Shown here: piece by piece, positions 56,055 through 64,000 of the stretch
Layout: every line of letters starts with the position of its first letter
Numbering within the stretch: the stretch's first letter is position 1
Origin: Clostridia bacterium
GTDB lineage: Bacteria > Bacillota > Clostridia > Oscillospirales > CAG-272
Reading direction: 5' to 3'
Length of the DNA: 64,000 nt
NCBI GenBank assembly: GCA_017631855.1
Contig: JAGBSP010000004.1
Location: 81 to 64,080 of the forward strand
The notes under the pieces: generated by a model
The model's input: only the letters and a program-made list of their open reading frames with translations
Databases searched by the model: none
What the model was told of the DNA's origin: nothing
Program-made: the position numbers and the translations under genes

Positions 56055-58760
56055 TCAATTCGCGTTTCGCTGTTTGGAATACAAAAACAACGAAATCAAA
56101 AGGAAAAGCACCGACGGCACTAGGGAAAGCACAAGGTACGGCAACGGATTTTTTTCTAGCAAAAACAAAATCCCAAACGGTTGCCACAAAAACGCAAGCG
56201 CCAAAAAGGCGACGATAAAGAGGGTTTCCAGTAAAAATGCCGTGTCACGAAGCATCGATCGCCAACGACTCTCTGCACGTCCAAATCGAATCGCGAACAG
56301 AACAGACCAGTGCAAGAACAATAATGCCACAAAAGAAAACTCTCTCGGATACAAATATTTTCCGGCAAAATCAAGTACGTCCAAGATCCAAGGAAGAATC
56401 AGCACCGACAAAGAAGCAACAACCGTCGCCACCATCAATCCTTGATCTGTCAACATTACGTCGCGTAAGCGTCGCTGTCCAAACATCCCAACATCTGCTT
56501 TACCAAGTATTTGATCCTTCGCCTCTAAAAATGAAAAGAAGGCAAATACATCTAATACACAACTGCAAAGAAGCAAATGACGCGCATCCAAAAACCACTG
56601 ACCAAACAGCATCGGAACCGTCAAGACAATCATTCGGAGCACCTGCATCCAAAGCAAATAATTCAAAAATCCGGAAAGATTCTTCGTCAAGGTCTTGGTG
56701 TCCAATATTACCTGTGAAAGTGACACAAGACCACCTGTACCATACGAAGGTCTGGCAACCAAAACGTCAGCTTTCAATTTCACCGCTTGCGCAGATGATG
56801 CACTACTTCTCTCCCCTGTCACCTCAAAGGTTTGAATTTCTTCATCCAAATATCCCGAAACGTAAGATCGCATGGAAGCACAACTGATAAATCCGTCCGC
56901 CGCTTCGGCAATTTGCGCCGCATCCTCAGACATACCGCATACCAATACGCGATATCCGTGTGCACGAACTTCTTCAATCAACCCGATAATATCCTCTTTT
57001 TCAAAATCGGTATATCCGGCGATTTTACCAAAATGATGGGTCAGTGGTTTGTTGTGTTTCGAAAACAGATGTTTGGAAACAAAGCCCTGTTCCAAAATTT
57101 CCGAAGGGATGGGCGGAACGTTAGAGGACGCAGGAGAAAACAAAATCATTCGACATCCGGCATGTCGCAAAAGCTCTCTGTTTTTTACAAAGGCTTCGTC
57201 CACACCTTCCTTGAGAAGTAACATACCAAGGAAACAATGCTCTGAAAAAGAAATATCCAAACAGTAAGTAAAGACAATCGGAATCTGATGAGAAGCGATC
57301 GCTTTGCTCCACATAGAAAGCAGTCTGTTCCTTCCCTCTTCATTCAAATTCCGTTTTTCTCCCCCCATCATCGCACAACCACATTCTCTCAAAAGATCCG
57401 CAGAACGGGAAACGTGCAGCCAAATGCGTCGGTCACGATCGGAAATGCATACCTGTTCGGGAGAATCCAACAGATTCCCCGCGCCGTAAGAAAGACAGGA
57501 ACAACGGATCGAAAGCGCATCTTCATCCACACCGCTGAGTTTGATAAATTCGCCAATACCGTCCAAAAGGTCTCCCGTACTGCTCACACCCGTCGTTAAG
57601 GTTCGTGTTGCGGCAGAACGGTAGAGAGAAACCATTTCTGAAAAATATTTCGCCGTAGGATTGGTATCTCCATAATTTCGCACAATCCCCTCTGCGCAAA
57701 CAGCCTGATGAAAATGCAAATGACCGTCCGTCAGCAAAGAACCGTCCACAGCAAAGAGATAATCGGTATCTGCCAATCGACAAGCCGTTTCGATCGAACG
57801 AATTGCCGCAATACGCGATTTTGTTGCCAGTTTTCGAATACGGTTGACATAAAATACGCGGGCAAAGACCAACGTCAGATGAGAAGCCGTAGTTGCCACC
57901 AACGATAGCGCCGTTAAAAACACCGCAGAGAGCAACACCGTTCCACCACTGAAATAGCTGACCAACAAGCTAAAAAAGCTCAGTGGAATGACCGCCAAAA
58001 GCAAAGCAATATTGATTTTCTTACTTAATTTTCGCAAACCCGTAAGCTTATGCGGAAGCTCGTCCAAAAACGGAACTTCAATACCTCCCGTCATTGCACC
58101 AAGATAAGTATAGCGTCCCACCGCCGTGATGATGACACGGGCACTTCCCGCCTCCACCACAGATCCAGCGTGAACCATATTCACCATTTCGGAGGCACGG
58201 TGCTCGTTGGAATTGACGTGTCCTTCGGCAAATTTGTTCATCGACTGATAATGTTCACGGTCTACTCGCATACGAACACGAAGTCCGTCCGAGGTAACAA
58301 GCCGTCCATCACAGCAAATGACATCTCCCGCTTCCAGAAGCATCACGTCCCCCACTGCCACCGAACGGAAGTCTACGCAAAACAACCGCCCGCCACGAAC
58401 GACCCGAACGGTCGGATAAAAGAGCACTGTCATAGATTCCATCGTTCGCTGAGAACGATAAGAAAGAATAGCAATCAATGCCAAATTTCCCAACGTCAAA
58501 ATCAATACCGTCGCACCATTTCGCACCTCGTCAAAAAACAAAGAAACGATGGCGGCAAACAACAGAAGAATTAGGGCAAAATCCGCAAAAACATCTCCAA
58601 GCATCTTATAGGGAGATTGTCTAGGTAACACAAAGAGGGATCCCGTATTTTTTTGCGCACGAGAACGAGCCGCCTTACGGGAAAGACCCGTGGCGGCATT
58701 GGTTTTCAGTTTTTGTTCGATCTCTTCCGGAGAAAGTCTAAACCATTTTTCGTTCTTCAT
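56055..58760 (-). CDS. P-type ATPase homologue with degenerate catalytic motifs (probable pseudo-ATPase)
   Basis: 901 aa. It has a Cation_ATPase_N-like start (WFRLSPEEIEQKLKTNAATGLS), an actuator-like region and C-terminal TM bundles. However, TGES is replaced by YQSM, DKTGT by DGSLL, and GDGVND by GMSEDA. Confidence 0.85.
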   Translation of the reverse strand: MKNEKWFRLSPEEIEQKLKTNAATGLSRKAARSRAQKNTGSLFVLPRQSPYKMLGDVFADFALILLLFAAIVSLFFDEVRNGATVLILTLGNLALIAILSYRSQRTMESMTVLFYPTVRVVRGGRLFCVDFRSVAVGDVMLLEAGDVICCDGRLVTSDGLRVRMRVDREHYQSMNKFAEGHVNSNEHRASEMVNMVHAGSVVEAGSARVIITAVGRYTYLGAMTGGIEVPFLDELPHKLTGLRKLSKKINIALLLAVIPLSFFSLLVSYFSGGTVLLSAVFLTALSLVATTASHLTLVFARVFYVNRIRKLATKSRIAAIRSIETACRLADTDYLFAVDGSLLTDGHLHFHQAVCAEGIVRNYGDTNPTAKYFSEMVSLYRSAATRTLTTGVSSTGDLLDGIGEFIKLSGVDEDALSIRCSCLSYGAGNLLDSPEQVCISDRDRRIWLHVSRSADLLRECGCAMMGGEKRNLNEEGRNRLLSMWSKAIASHQIPIVFTYCLDISFSEHCFLGMLLLKEGVDEAFVKNRELLRHAGCRMILFSPASSNVPPIPSEILEQGFVSKHLFSKHNKPLTHHFGKIAGYTDFEKEDIIGLIEEVRAHGYRVLVCGMSEDAAQIAEAADGFISCASMRSYVSGYLDEEIQTFEVTGERSSASSAQAVKLKADVLVARPSYGTGGLVSLSQVILDTKTLTKNLSGFLNYLLWMQVLRMIVLTVPMLFGQWFLDARHLLLCSCVLDVFAFFSFLEAKDQILGKADVGMFGQRRLRDVMLTDQGLMVATVVASLSVLILPWILDVLDFAGKYLYPREFSFVALLFLHWSVLFAIRFGRAESRWRSMLRDTAFLLETLFIVAFLALAFLWQPFGILFLLEKNPLPYLVLSLVPSVLFLLISLFLYSKQRNAN

Positions 58761-61067
58761 TTAAATGCACTCAATCACTAATTTGTCTTCTTTTTTAGAA
58801 TATTTCAAAGAAATACCAACGAGCTTTCTTTCATAATCGGAAACGATCTTCTCCGCAATCAAATCCTCGACGTGACTGCGAATAAAGCGATGCATATTTC
58901 TTGCGCCGAATTTGTGTGAATAAGAGTTTTTCGCAATATAAGCAACAGCAGGTTGAGAATATACAAAAGAAATTCCCTTTTCGCTCAACGCCATCTTCAA
59001 TTCATCCAACAAAATGCATGCAATCTTTCCGAAATCGTCCTCACTCAAGGAATGGAAGGTGATAATCTCGTCCACACGATTAATAAATTCGGGACGAAGG
59101 AACGCCGAGAGCGCTTTCATCGTCTTGTCGTTATCCGCTCTTCCCTCGTTCAAAGAAAAGCCAACTGTTGCCGCCGAATGATCAGATCCCGCATTGGTGG
59201 TCATTACAAGCACGGTGTTTTCAAAGTTGACGGTTTTGCCGTGTGCATCAGTAATTCTTCCATCATCCAAAATCTGCAAAAGAATGTTCAAAACATCCGG
59301 ATGCGCCTTTTCAATCTCGTCAAACAACACAACCGAGTAAGGTCTACGGCGAATCTTCTCGGTCAACTGCCCCGCCTCGTCGTATCCAACGTATCCGGGA
59401 GGTGCTCCGATAATTCGGGAGACCGAATGCTTTTCCATAAATTCCGACATATCCAATCGAATTAGAGTTTCGGGAGAATGGAAAAGGTCTGCTGCAAGTG
59501 TTTTGACAAGCTCGGTCTTACCAACACCGGTCGGTCCCGCGAAAATAAAGGACACGGGCTTGCGTTTATAAGAAATCCCCGCACGGTTGCGCTTGATCGC
59601 TTTGGATACGGCAACAATCGCCTCGTCCTGTCCAATAATTCTTTGTTTCAAACGAGACTGAAGCTGATCGATCTGCTCAAACTCATTTTCCGAAATATCG
59701 GTAGCGGGAATTCCCGTCCATATTTCGATCACCGACGCAATATCCGCCTCACTCAAAAGGATTTGATCGCAGGAAAGCTCCAGTTCCTTCAAACGAGCGG
59801 ATGCCTTGATCTCTTTTGCCTTAATCTCGGCAATTTCCTCGTAGCATTTTTGTGCCTGCTTTTCCTCTGTGGGAGGATTGTTTTCCAAGGCTTCTCTCTT
59901 TTCACGAAGCGTGAGAAGCTCCTCGCGTAGCTGATGCGATTCGTTCAACGCGGCACTGCTCAAAGAGAGCTTCGATGCCGCCTCATCCAAAAGGTCGATT
60001 GCTTTGTCGGGCAGATAACGGTCGGTGATATATCTTTCGGATAAAACAACCGCACGGCGCACAACCGAATCTGGAATACGAATGGCGTGAAATTCTTCAT
60101 AATAATGCTTAATCCCCTCAAGCATTGCAACCGTTTCATCCATCGACGGTTCGTTGATCGTTACGGGCTGGAAGCGGCGCTCAAGAGCGGAATCCTTCTC
60201 AATATACTTACGATATTCGTTGAGTGTCGTCGCTCCGATAATGCGAACCTCTCCACGGGAAAGAGCCGGTTTTAAAATGTTCGCAGCGTTTACACTGCCC
60301 TCCGCATCACCCGTTCCGACAATATTATGAACCTCATCGATAACGAGAATGATGTTGCCCGCCTCCTTGACCTCGTTCAAAAGCCCGAGAATTCTCGACT
60401 CAAACTGTCCACGGAACTGCGTTCCCGCTACCAAAGCGGTCAGATCCACAAGATAGATCTGCTTGCCTTTCAATTTATACGGCACTTGTCCGTCCGCGAT
60501 CCTCTGAGCCAAAGCTTCGGCAATTGCCGTTTTACCAACACCTGGTTCGCCAATCAGACATGGGTTGTTTTTCTGTCGACGACAAAGAATCTGGATGACG
60601 CGCTCCATTTCACGCTCTCTTCCAATAATACGGTCAAGCTTTCCAGCCGCCGCACGACGGGTCAGGTTTCTGCAATAGGTGTCAAGAAATTTGTATTTTT
60701 TCTCTTTTGGAGCATCCTTTCCCTGCTTTGCCTTTTCCGAACGCCCCTCTTTGGCGGGGGAAGGCAAATTTCCTTCTTTGAAGAGCTTCGGCAGGTCAAT
60801 CGCAGGCGCACCGCCGTCCTCCAAATCGTCCAGCGAAGAGAAATTCTGAGCCTCGGACATAAACTGGTTGACCTCATCCTCGATCCCCTCAAGCTGTTCG
60901 GAAGAAATCCCCATCTGATTCATCATATTTCCAAGCATATTGTCCACGGGAATACCAAGTTCTCTGGCGCATTTGATACAAAGACCTTCGCTCAGCTTAT
61001 TTCCGTTTTCCAATTTATTGACGAATACGACAGCCACTCTTTTGTGGCACTTAGAACACATTACCAT
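58761..61067 (-). CDS. Clp/Hsp100 double-AAA+ unfoldase (ClpC-like) with an N-terminal zinc ribbon instead of Clp_N
   Basis: 768 aa. N-terminal CSKC...CIKC, Walker A GEPGVGKT and GPTGVGKT, a short coiled-coil middle domain, and a VGF loop in D2. The stop codon directly abuts the next ATG. Confidence 0.9.
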   Translation of the reverse strand: MVMCSKCHKRVAVVFVNKLENGNKLSEGLCIKCARELGIPVDNMLGNMMNQMGISSEQLEGIEDEVNQFMSEAQNFSSLDDLEDGGAPAIDLPKLFKEGNLPSPAKEGRSEKAKQGKDAPKEKKYKFLDTYCRNLTRRAAAGKLDRIIGREREMERVIQILCRRQKNNPCLIGEPGVGKTAIAEALAQRIADGQVPYKLKGKQIYLVDLTALVAGTQFRGQFESRILGLLNEVKEAGNIILVIDEVHNIVGTGDAEGSVNAANILKPALSRGEVRIIGATTLNEYRKYIEKDSALERRFQPVTINEPSMDETVAMLEGIKHYYEEFHAIRIPDSVVRRAVVLSERYITDRYLPDKAIDLLDEAASKLSLSSAALNESHQLREELLTLREKREALENNPPTEEKQAQKCYEEIAEIKAKEIKASARLKELELSCDQILLSEADIASVIEIWTGIPATDISENEFEQIDQLQSRLKQRIIGQDEAIVAVSKAIKRNRAGISYKRKPVSFIFAGPTGVGKTELVKTLAADLFHSPETLIRLDMSEFMEKHSVSRIIGAPPGYVGYDEAGQLTEKIRRRPYSVVLFDEIEKAHPDVLNILLQILDDGRITDAHGKTVNFENTVLVMTTNAGSDHSAATVGFSLNEGRADNDKTMKALSAFLRPEFINRVDEIITFHSLSEDDFGKIACILLDELKMALSEKGISFVYSQPAVAYIAKNSYSHKFGARNMHRFIRSHVEDLIAEKIVSDYERKLVGISLKYSKKEDKLVIECI

Positions 61068-61094
61068 AACAATGCCTCTTGACGCAAGGCGCCC

Positions 61095-61673
61095 TTAGAT
61101 TTCCTTTCGATTTTTCAGAATATTTCCCTTTTGAATTTCTTCGTGCTTTAAATAGGCATACTGCTTGACGTAGCTTACAAAAGAGAAAATCGCAAATGCA
61201 GCCGCAGGAACAAACAACACGATTCCCACGAGCGGATATTGTAGCAAAAAGTTCTTCAACAACACTGCCAACACGATGGTTCCGTAAAAAAGGCAAACTG
61301 TCAGCTTTCCATACCATTTGCTAACAACGACCACACTTCTCCGCTTGATCACGATTGCCCCCAGCAAAAGCATTACAATTTCCTTGACGATAAACGGAAT
61401 GACAAACCACAGAGGAATATAGTGTTTAATGCAAAGACAGATAAGAACCGTGCACTGCATCAGTTTATCGGCAAAAGGATCCAATACTTTTCCAAGATTG
61501 GAGATCCAATTATTTTTTCTTGCCAAATATCCATCAAGCACATCAGTTCCTCCCGCCAATAAAAAGACGAAGAGCGCGGGATAAATCATATCCGAGAAGA
61601 AGAGTGCAATGAATACGAATACCAGACAAATTCGAATCACAGAAAGAATATTGGGAATATGTTTTAACTTCAT
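61095..61673 (-). CDS. pgsA: CDP-diacylglycerol--glycerol-3-phosphate 3-phosphatidyltransferase
   Basis: 192 aa with the CDP-alcohol motif DVLDGYLARKNNWISNLGKVLDPFADK. Confidence 0.9.
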   Translation of the reverse strand: MKLKHIPNILSVIRICLVFVFIALFFSDMIYPALFVFLLAGGTDVLDGYLARKNNWISNLGKVLDPFADKLMQCTVLICLCIKHYIPLWFVIPFIVKEIVMLLLGAIVIKRRSVVVVSKWYGKLTVCLFYGTIVLAVLLKNFLLQYPLVGIVLFVPAAAFAIFSFVSYVKQYAYLKHEEIQKGNILKNRKEI

Positions 61674-61731
61674 CGGTTTTCTTTTTCCTTAACTTTTATT
61701 TATAAATATAATTGTATGCTAAAAATTCAGT

Positions 61732-63030
61732 TTAATCCTGAAAGATCAAATATTCCGCTTTGGATTCTCCGCAAACCAATACCGTCTTTTGATTGTAAAT
61801 CAGCATTTTTCCGGTTCCCGAAGCAAGGCTTTGAATTCGATCCTCTTCTTTTTTTGCATTGGAATTCAAACGTTTGACACCGTTTTCGGTTTGTAAGAAG
61901 ATATATGATCCGTAAACCCCCACGTCGGATACATTAAAATCCACAGTATCATTATACAAGCGATTTCCATCCTTATCAAAGGCGTAGATCATCGTCTGCG
62001 AGGAAAGCGTGGCAGAAACGGCAACCCCCTCAGAGGTCAGCGAATATCCCGTGATATTACCAACGGAATAATCTCCACTACTTTCTTTCTCTGACAATGT
62101 TCGATCAAAAATACGAATGTAACGATCGGTCAAGAGCACAACACTCTGATTATCCAACGTACCACATGCGATCGGAAATTCTCCATCAAAGCGTACCGCC
62201 TCAATTTCTTCCAAGGTATCAAGATCACGGAGTGAGAGCGTCGTTCGTCCCGTTCCGTTGCCTGCATCGTACGAAAGAACCGACAGCGTATTGTTTTCGG
62301 TATTCAGTACGATATCAAACGCATAATACCCCGTTTCAAGCTCTAACATTTTTTTCATTTTAAAGTTTTTATTGTATACCTGAATCACCGATTGCTTCGC
62401 CGCCGTACGCGTAACAATCGCAAACGAACCGTCTTCTCCGAGACTCGCGTTCATTACGGGATATTCCACCGTTTTGGTAAATACTCGGGCAAAGGAATTA
62501 TAAATTGAAAACGTAGTTCCCGAGGTGTCGTATACCAAAATGTATTTGCCGGAGCTTTCCATAAAGGGAGAAGAAAAGCTCGTTGTCGCATTCAAGGTTC
62601 TTCGCCCCGTTGCAGTAAACACGGAAATCTTTGAGGGGCTGACACTTGCCAAGCCTCCTCGGTAAAGCGTAAAATTCTGTCGGTGATCCGATTCATAGGA
62701 AAGTGTTTCGTAATAGCTTCCGTCGTAATCAGCAGCTCCCGAAAAATCCTTGATCAGATAATAAAAATTATCATACGTAATTTGGGAATGGTTAAATACG
62801 ATCGAAAGGAGCATAAATAGGATAAACAGTAGCCAAAGAGCTCTTTGCGCCACTTTATAAACCGCGGAAACGCCCGCATAATACAAGTCACCCGCTCCGT
62901 CAAAATCCTCGTATCGAAGAACCTTTTCCTTTTGCGTTTCGGTATGAAAGAAGCGTCCGATCTTTTGTGAAATTTTTTGATTTTCTTCATCCGAAGTATG
63001 AGTATCTTGCTTGTCTTCTTTGTTTCGCAT
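61732..63030 (-). CDS. hypothetical single-pass membrane protein with a large beta-rich ectodomain (DUF5711-like?)
   Basis: 432 aa: acidic/basic N-terminus, one TM segment (ALWLLFILFMLLSIVF), then about 340 aa. The family name is tentative. Confidence 0.65.
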   Translation of the reverse strand: MRNKEDKQDTHTSDEENQKISQKIGRFFHTETQKEKVLRYEDFDGAGDLYYAGVSAVYKVAQRALWLLFILFMLLSIVFNHSQITYDNFYYLIKDFSGAADYDGSYYETLSYESDHRQNFTLYRGGLASVSPSKISVFTATGRRTLNATTSFSSPFMESSGKYILVYDTSGTTFSIYNSFARVFTKTVEYPVMNASLGEDGSFAIVTRTAAKQSVIQVYNKNFKMKKMLELETGYYAFDIVLNTENNTLSVLSYDAGNGTGRTTLSLRDLDTLEEIEAVRFDGEFPIACGTLDNQSVVLLTDRYIRIFDRTLSEKESSGDYSVGNITGYSLTSEGVAVSATLSSQTMIYAFDKDGNRLYNDTVDFNVSDVGVYGSYIFLQTENGVKRLNSNAKKEEDRIQSLASGTGKMLIYNQKTVLVCGESKAEYLIFQD

Positions 63031-63069
63031 CGTATCGCTCCTTTCTCTCTTTTTTATCTTTGATTGATT

Positions 63070-63828
63070 TTAATAAACCACCTTGTTTAAAAACAATCCG
63101 CACGCAGGCGCGGTCATTCCGGCACGGGATCTGTCCCCGGACTCAGTCAATTCGTCGATTTCCTCGGGAGAAATTTTCCCCTCTGCCACGCAGATTAGGG
63201 TCCCCACGAGAATTCTGACCATATTGTACAAAAATCCGTTTGCCGACACACGGAATTCAACTACATCCCCCTTCCGCACGACCTCTGCCTCGTAGATCAT
63301 TCTTACCGCATCGGTGATTTTGGAATCTGCCGCCATATAGGAAGAAAAATCGTGCGTTCCCCTCCATCGTGCCGCCGCTTCGTTCATCCGTACCAAGGCT
63401 TCGTCCGAGATCGGCTTGGGATAATGCCACGTGCGATCCTGTAAAAAGGGATTCCGATAGGGCTTGTTCCAGATCCGATATACGTATTCCTTATATTTGA
63501 CGTCGTATCTTGGATGAAATTCGTCTTCCACGAGCTCTGCACCGATCACCGAGATATCTTCGGGAAGATGCGGTGCGATTGCCTGAGGGATGCGATCGAT
63601 CGGAATCGTTGTTTGTAGGCAGTTCGTTCCTTTTTTTGATACCGCCACACAAAACTGATTGGCGTGAACACCGCTATCGGTCCGACTGCATCCAACAATA
63701 TCACAGTCATAACCAAACAAAGCACGGGTCGCTTCGTTCAAGCGTTGCTGAATCGTAATCCCGTTCGGTTGAATCTGATATCCGCAATATTTAGTTCCAA
63801 GAAAAGAAAGATGCAATAAAATCTTCAT
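63070..63828 (-). CDS. truA: tRNA pseudouridine(38-40) synthase TruA
   Basis: 252 aa with the catalytic region GCSRTDSGVHA. Confidence 0.95.
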   Translation of the reverse strand: MKILLHLSFLGTKYCGYQIQPNGITIQQRLNEATRALFGYDCDIVGCSRTDSGVHANQFCVAVSKKGTNCLQTTIPIDRIPQAIAPHLPEDISVIGAELVEDEFHPRYDVKYKEYVYRIWNKPYRNPFLQDRTWHYPKPISDEALVRMNEAAARWRGTHDFSSYMAADSKITDAVRMIYEAEVVRKGDVVEFRVSANGFLYNMVRILVGTLICVAEGKISPEEIDELTESGDRSRAGMTAPACGLFLNKVVY

Positions 63829-63837
63829 TTCTTCTCC

Positions 63838-64000
63838 TTATTTCATAGAAAATCCGATGCCGAGAACGTTCAAAAAAATCAGTGACGCTCCCAACAAAAG
63901 AACCAACAAAAGCGGAATAAAATCCACCAAACGAACGTGGCGAACGTGCATTCTCGTGCGTCCCTCCCCGCCATGATAACAACGGCACTCCATTGCCGTA
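63838..64000 (-). CDS. ecfT: energy-coupling factor transporter transmembrane protein EcfT, C-terminal end (5' part outside window)
   Basis: Minus-frame translation ...TAMECRCYHGGEGRTRMHVRHVRLVDFIPLLLVLLLGASLIFLNVLGIGFSMK* matches the EcfT C-terminal pattern (AMExRGY...RT). The ecfT-truA order is conserved in Firmicutes. Confidence 0.7.
   Translation of the reverse strand, partial: TAMECRCYHGGEGRTRMHVRHVRLVDFIPLLLVLLLGASLIFLNVLGIGFSMK

Overview
This window reads as a core chromosomal region of a moderately AT-rich, endospore-forming Firmicute, probably a Clostridia-type organism. The pointers are spoIVA, a ylmC/ymxH-family gene, and a Bacillus-type large SRP RNA upstream of dnaX-ybaB-recR. 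I call about 60 protein genes, one tRNA-Val and one SRP RNA.

Most genes are housekeeping:
- tig (3' end)-clpP-clpX
- a ThuA/Gfo-Idh-MocA sugar pair and gpmI
- SRP RNA-dnaX-ybaB-recR, then secA
- trmL-mnmA, a MATE exporter, tadA, spoIVA
- coaD-rsmD-uvrC and ptsH
- rimM-trmD fused to envelope genes, and yajC
- two polar amino-acid ABC systems
- uvrB-uvrA, dxs and a phosphosugar mutase
- a GntR/ABC-2 operon
- mrp-dusB plus an atypical regulator
- a DUF1846 gene and an XRE regulator
- nfnAB-like genes and rpsB-tsf
- a clpC-like gene, pgsA, truA and ecfT (3' end)

I saw no rRNA, CRISPR array, IS element, integrase or phage gene. I could not recognise a self-contained defence island or biosynthetic cluster.

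The items that most deserve a second look:
1. A P-type-ATPase homologue with all catalytic signatures degenerate, abutting a ClpC-like unfoldase that carries an N-terminal zinc ribbon.
2. A three-gene cassette after secA: two paralogous multipass membrane proteins plus a small protein ending in a near-pure Asn/Gln tract encoded by in-frame tandem repeats.
3. A 281-aa protein with 22 Cys, including a CCDCCGCCC cluster.
4. A circularly permuted amino-acid-binding lipoprotein.
5. Long hairpins that pair with the Shine-Dalgarno sequences of two sporulation genes (spoIVA and ylmC).

All family calls come from motif recognition by eye, with no database search. Many ORF-track starts were shortened to starts with a visible RBS.
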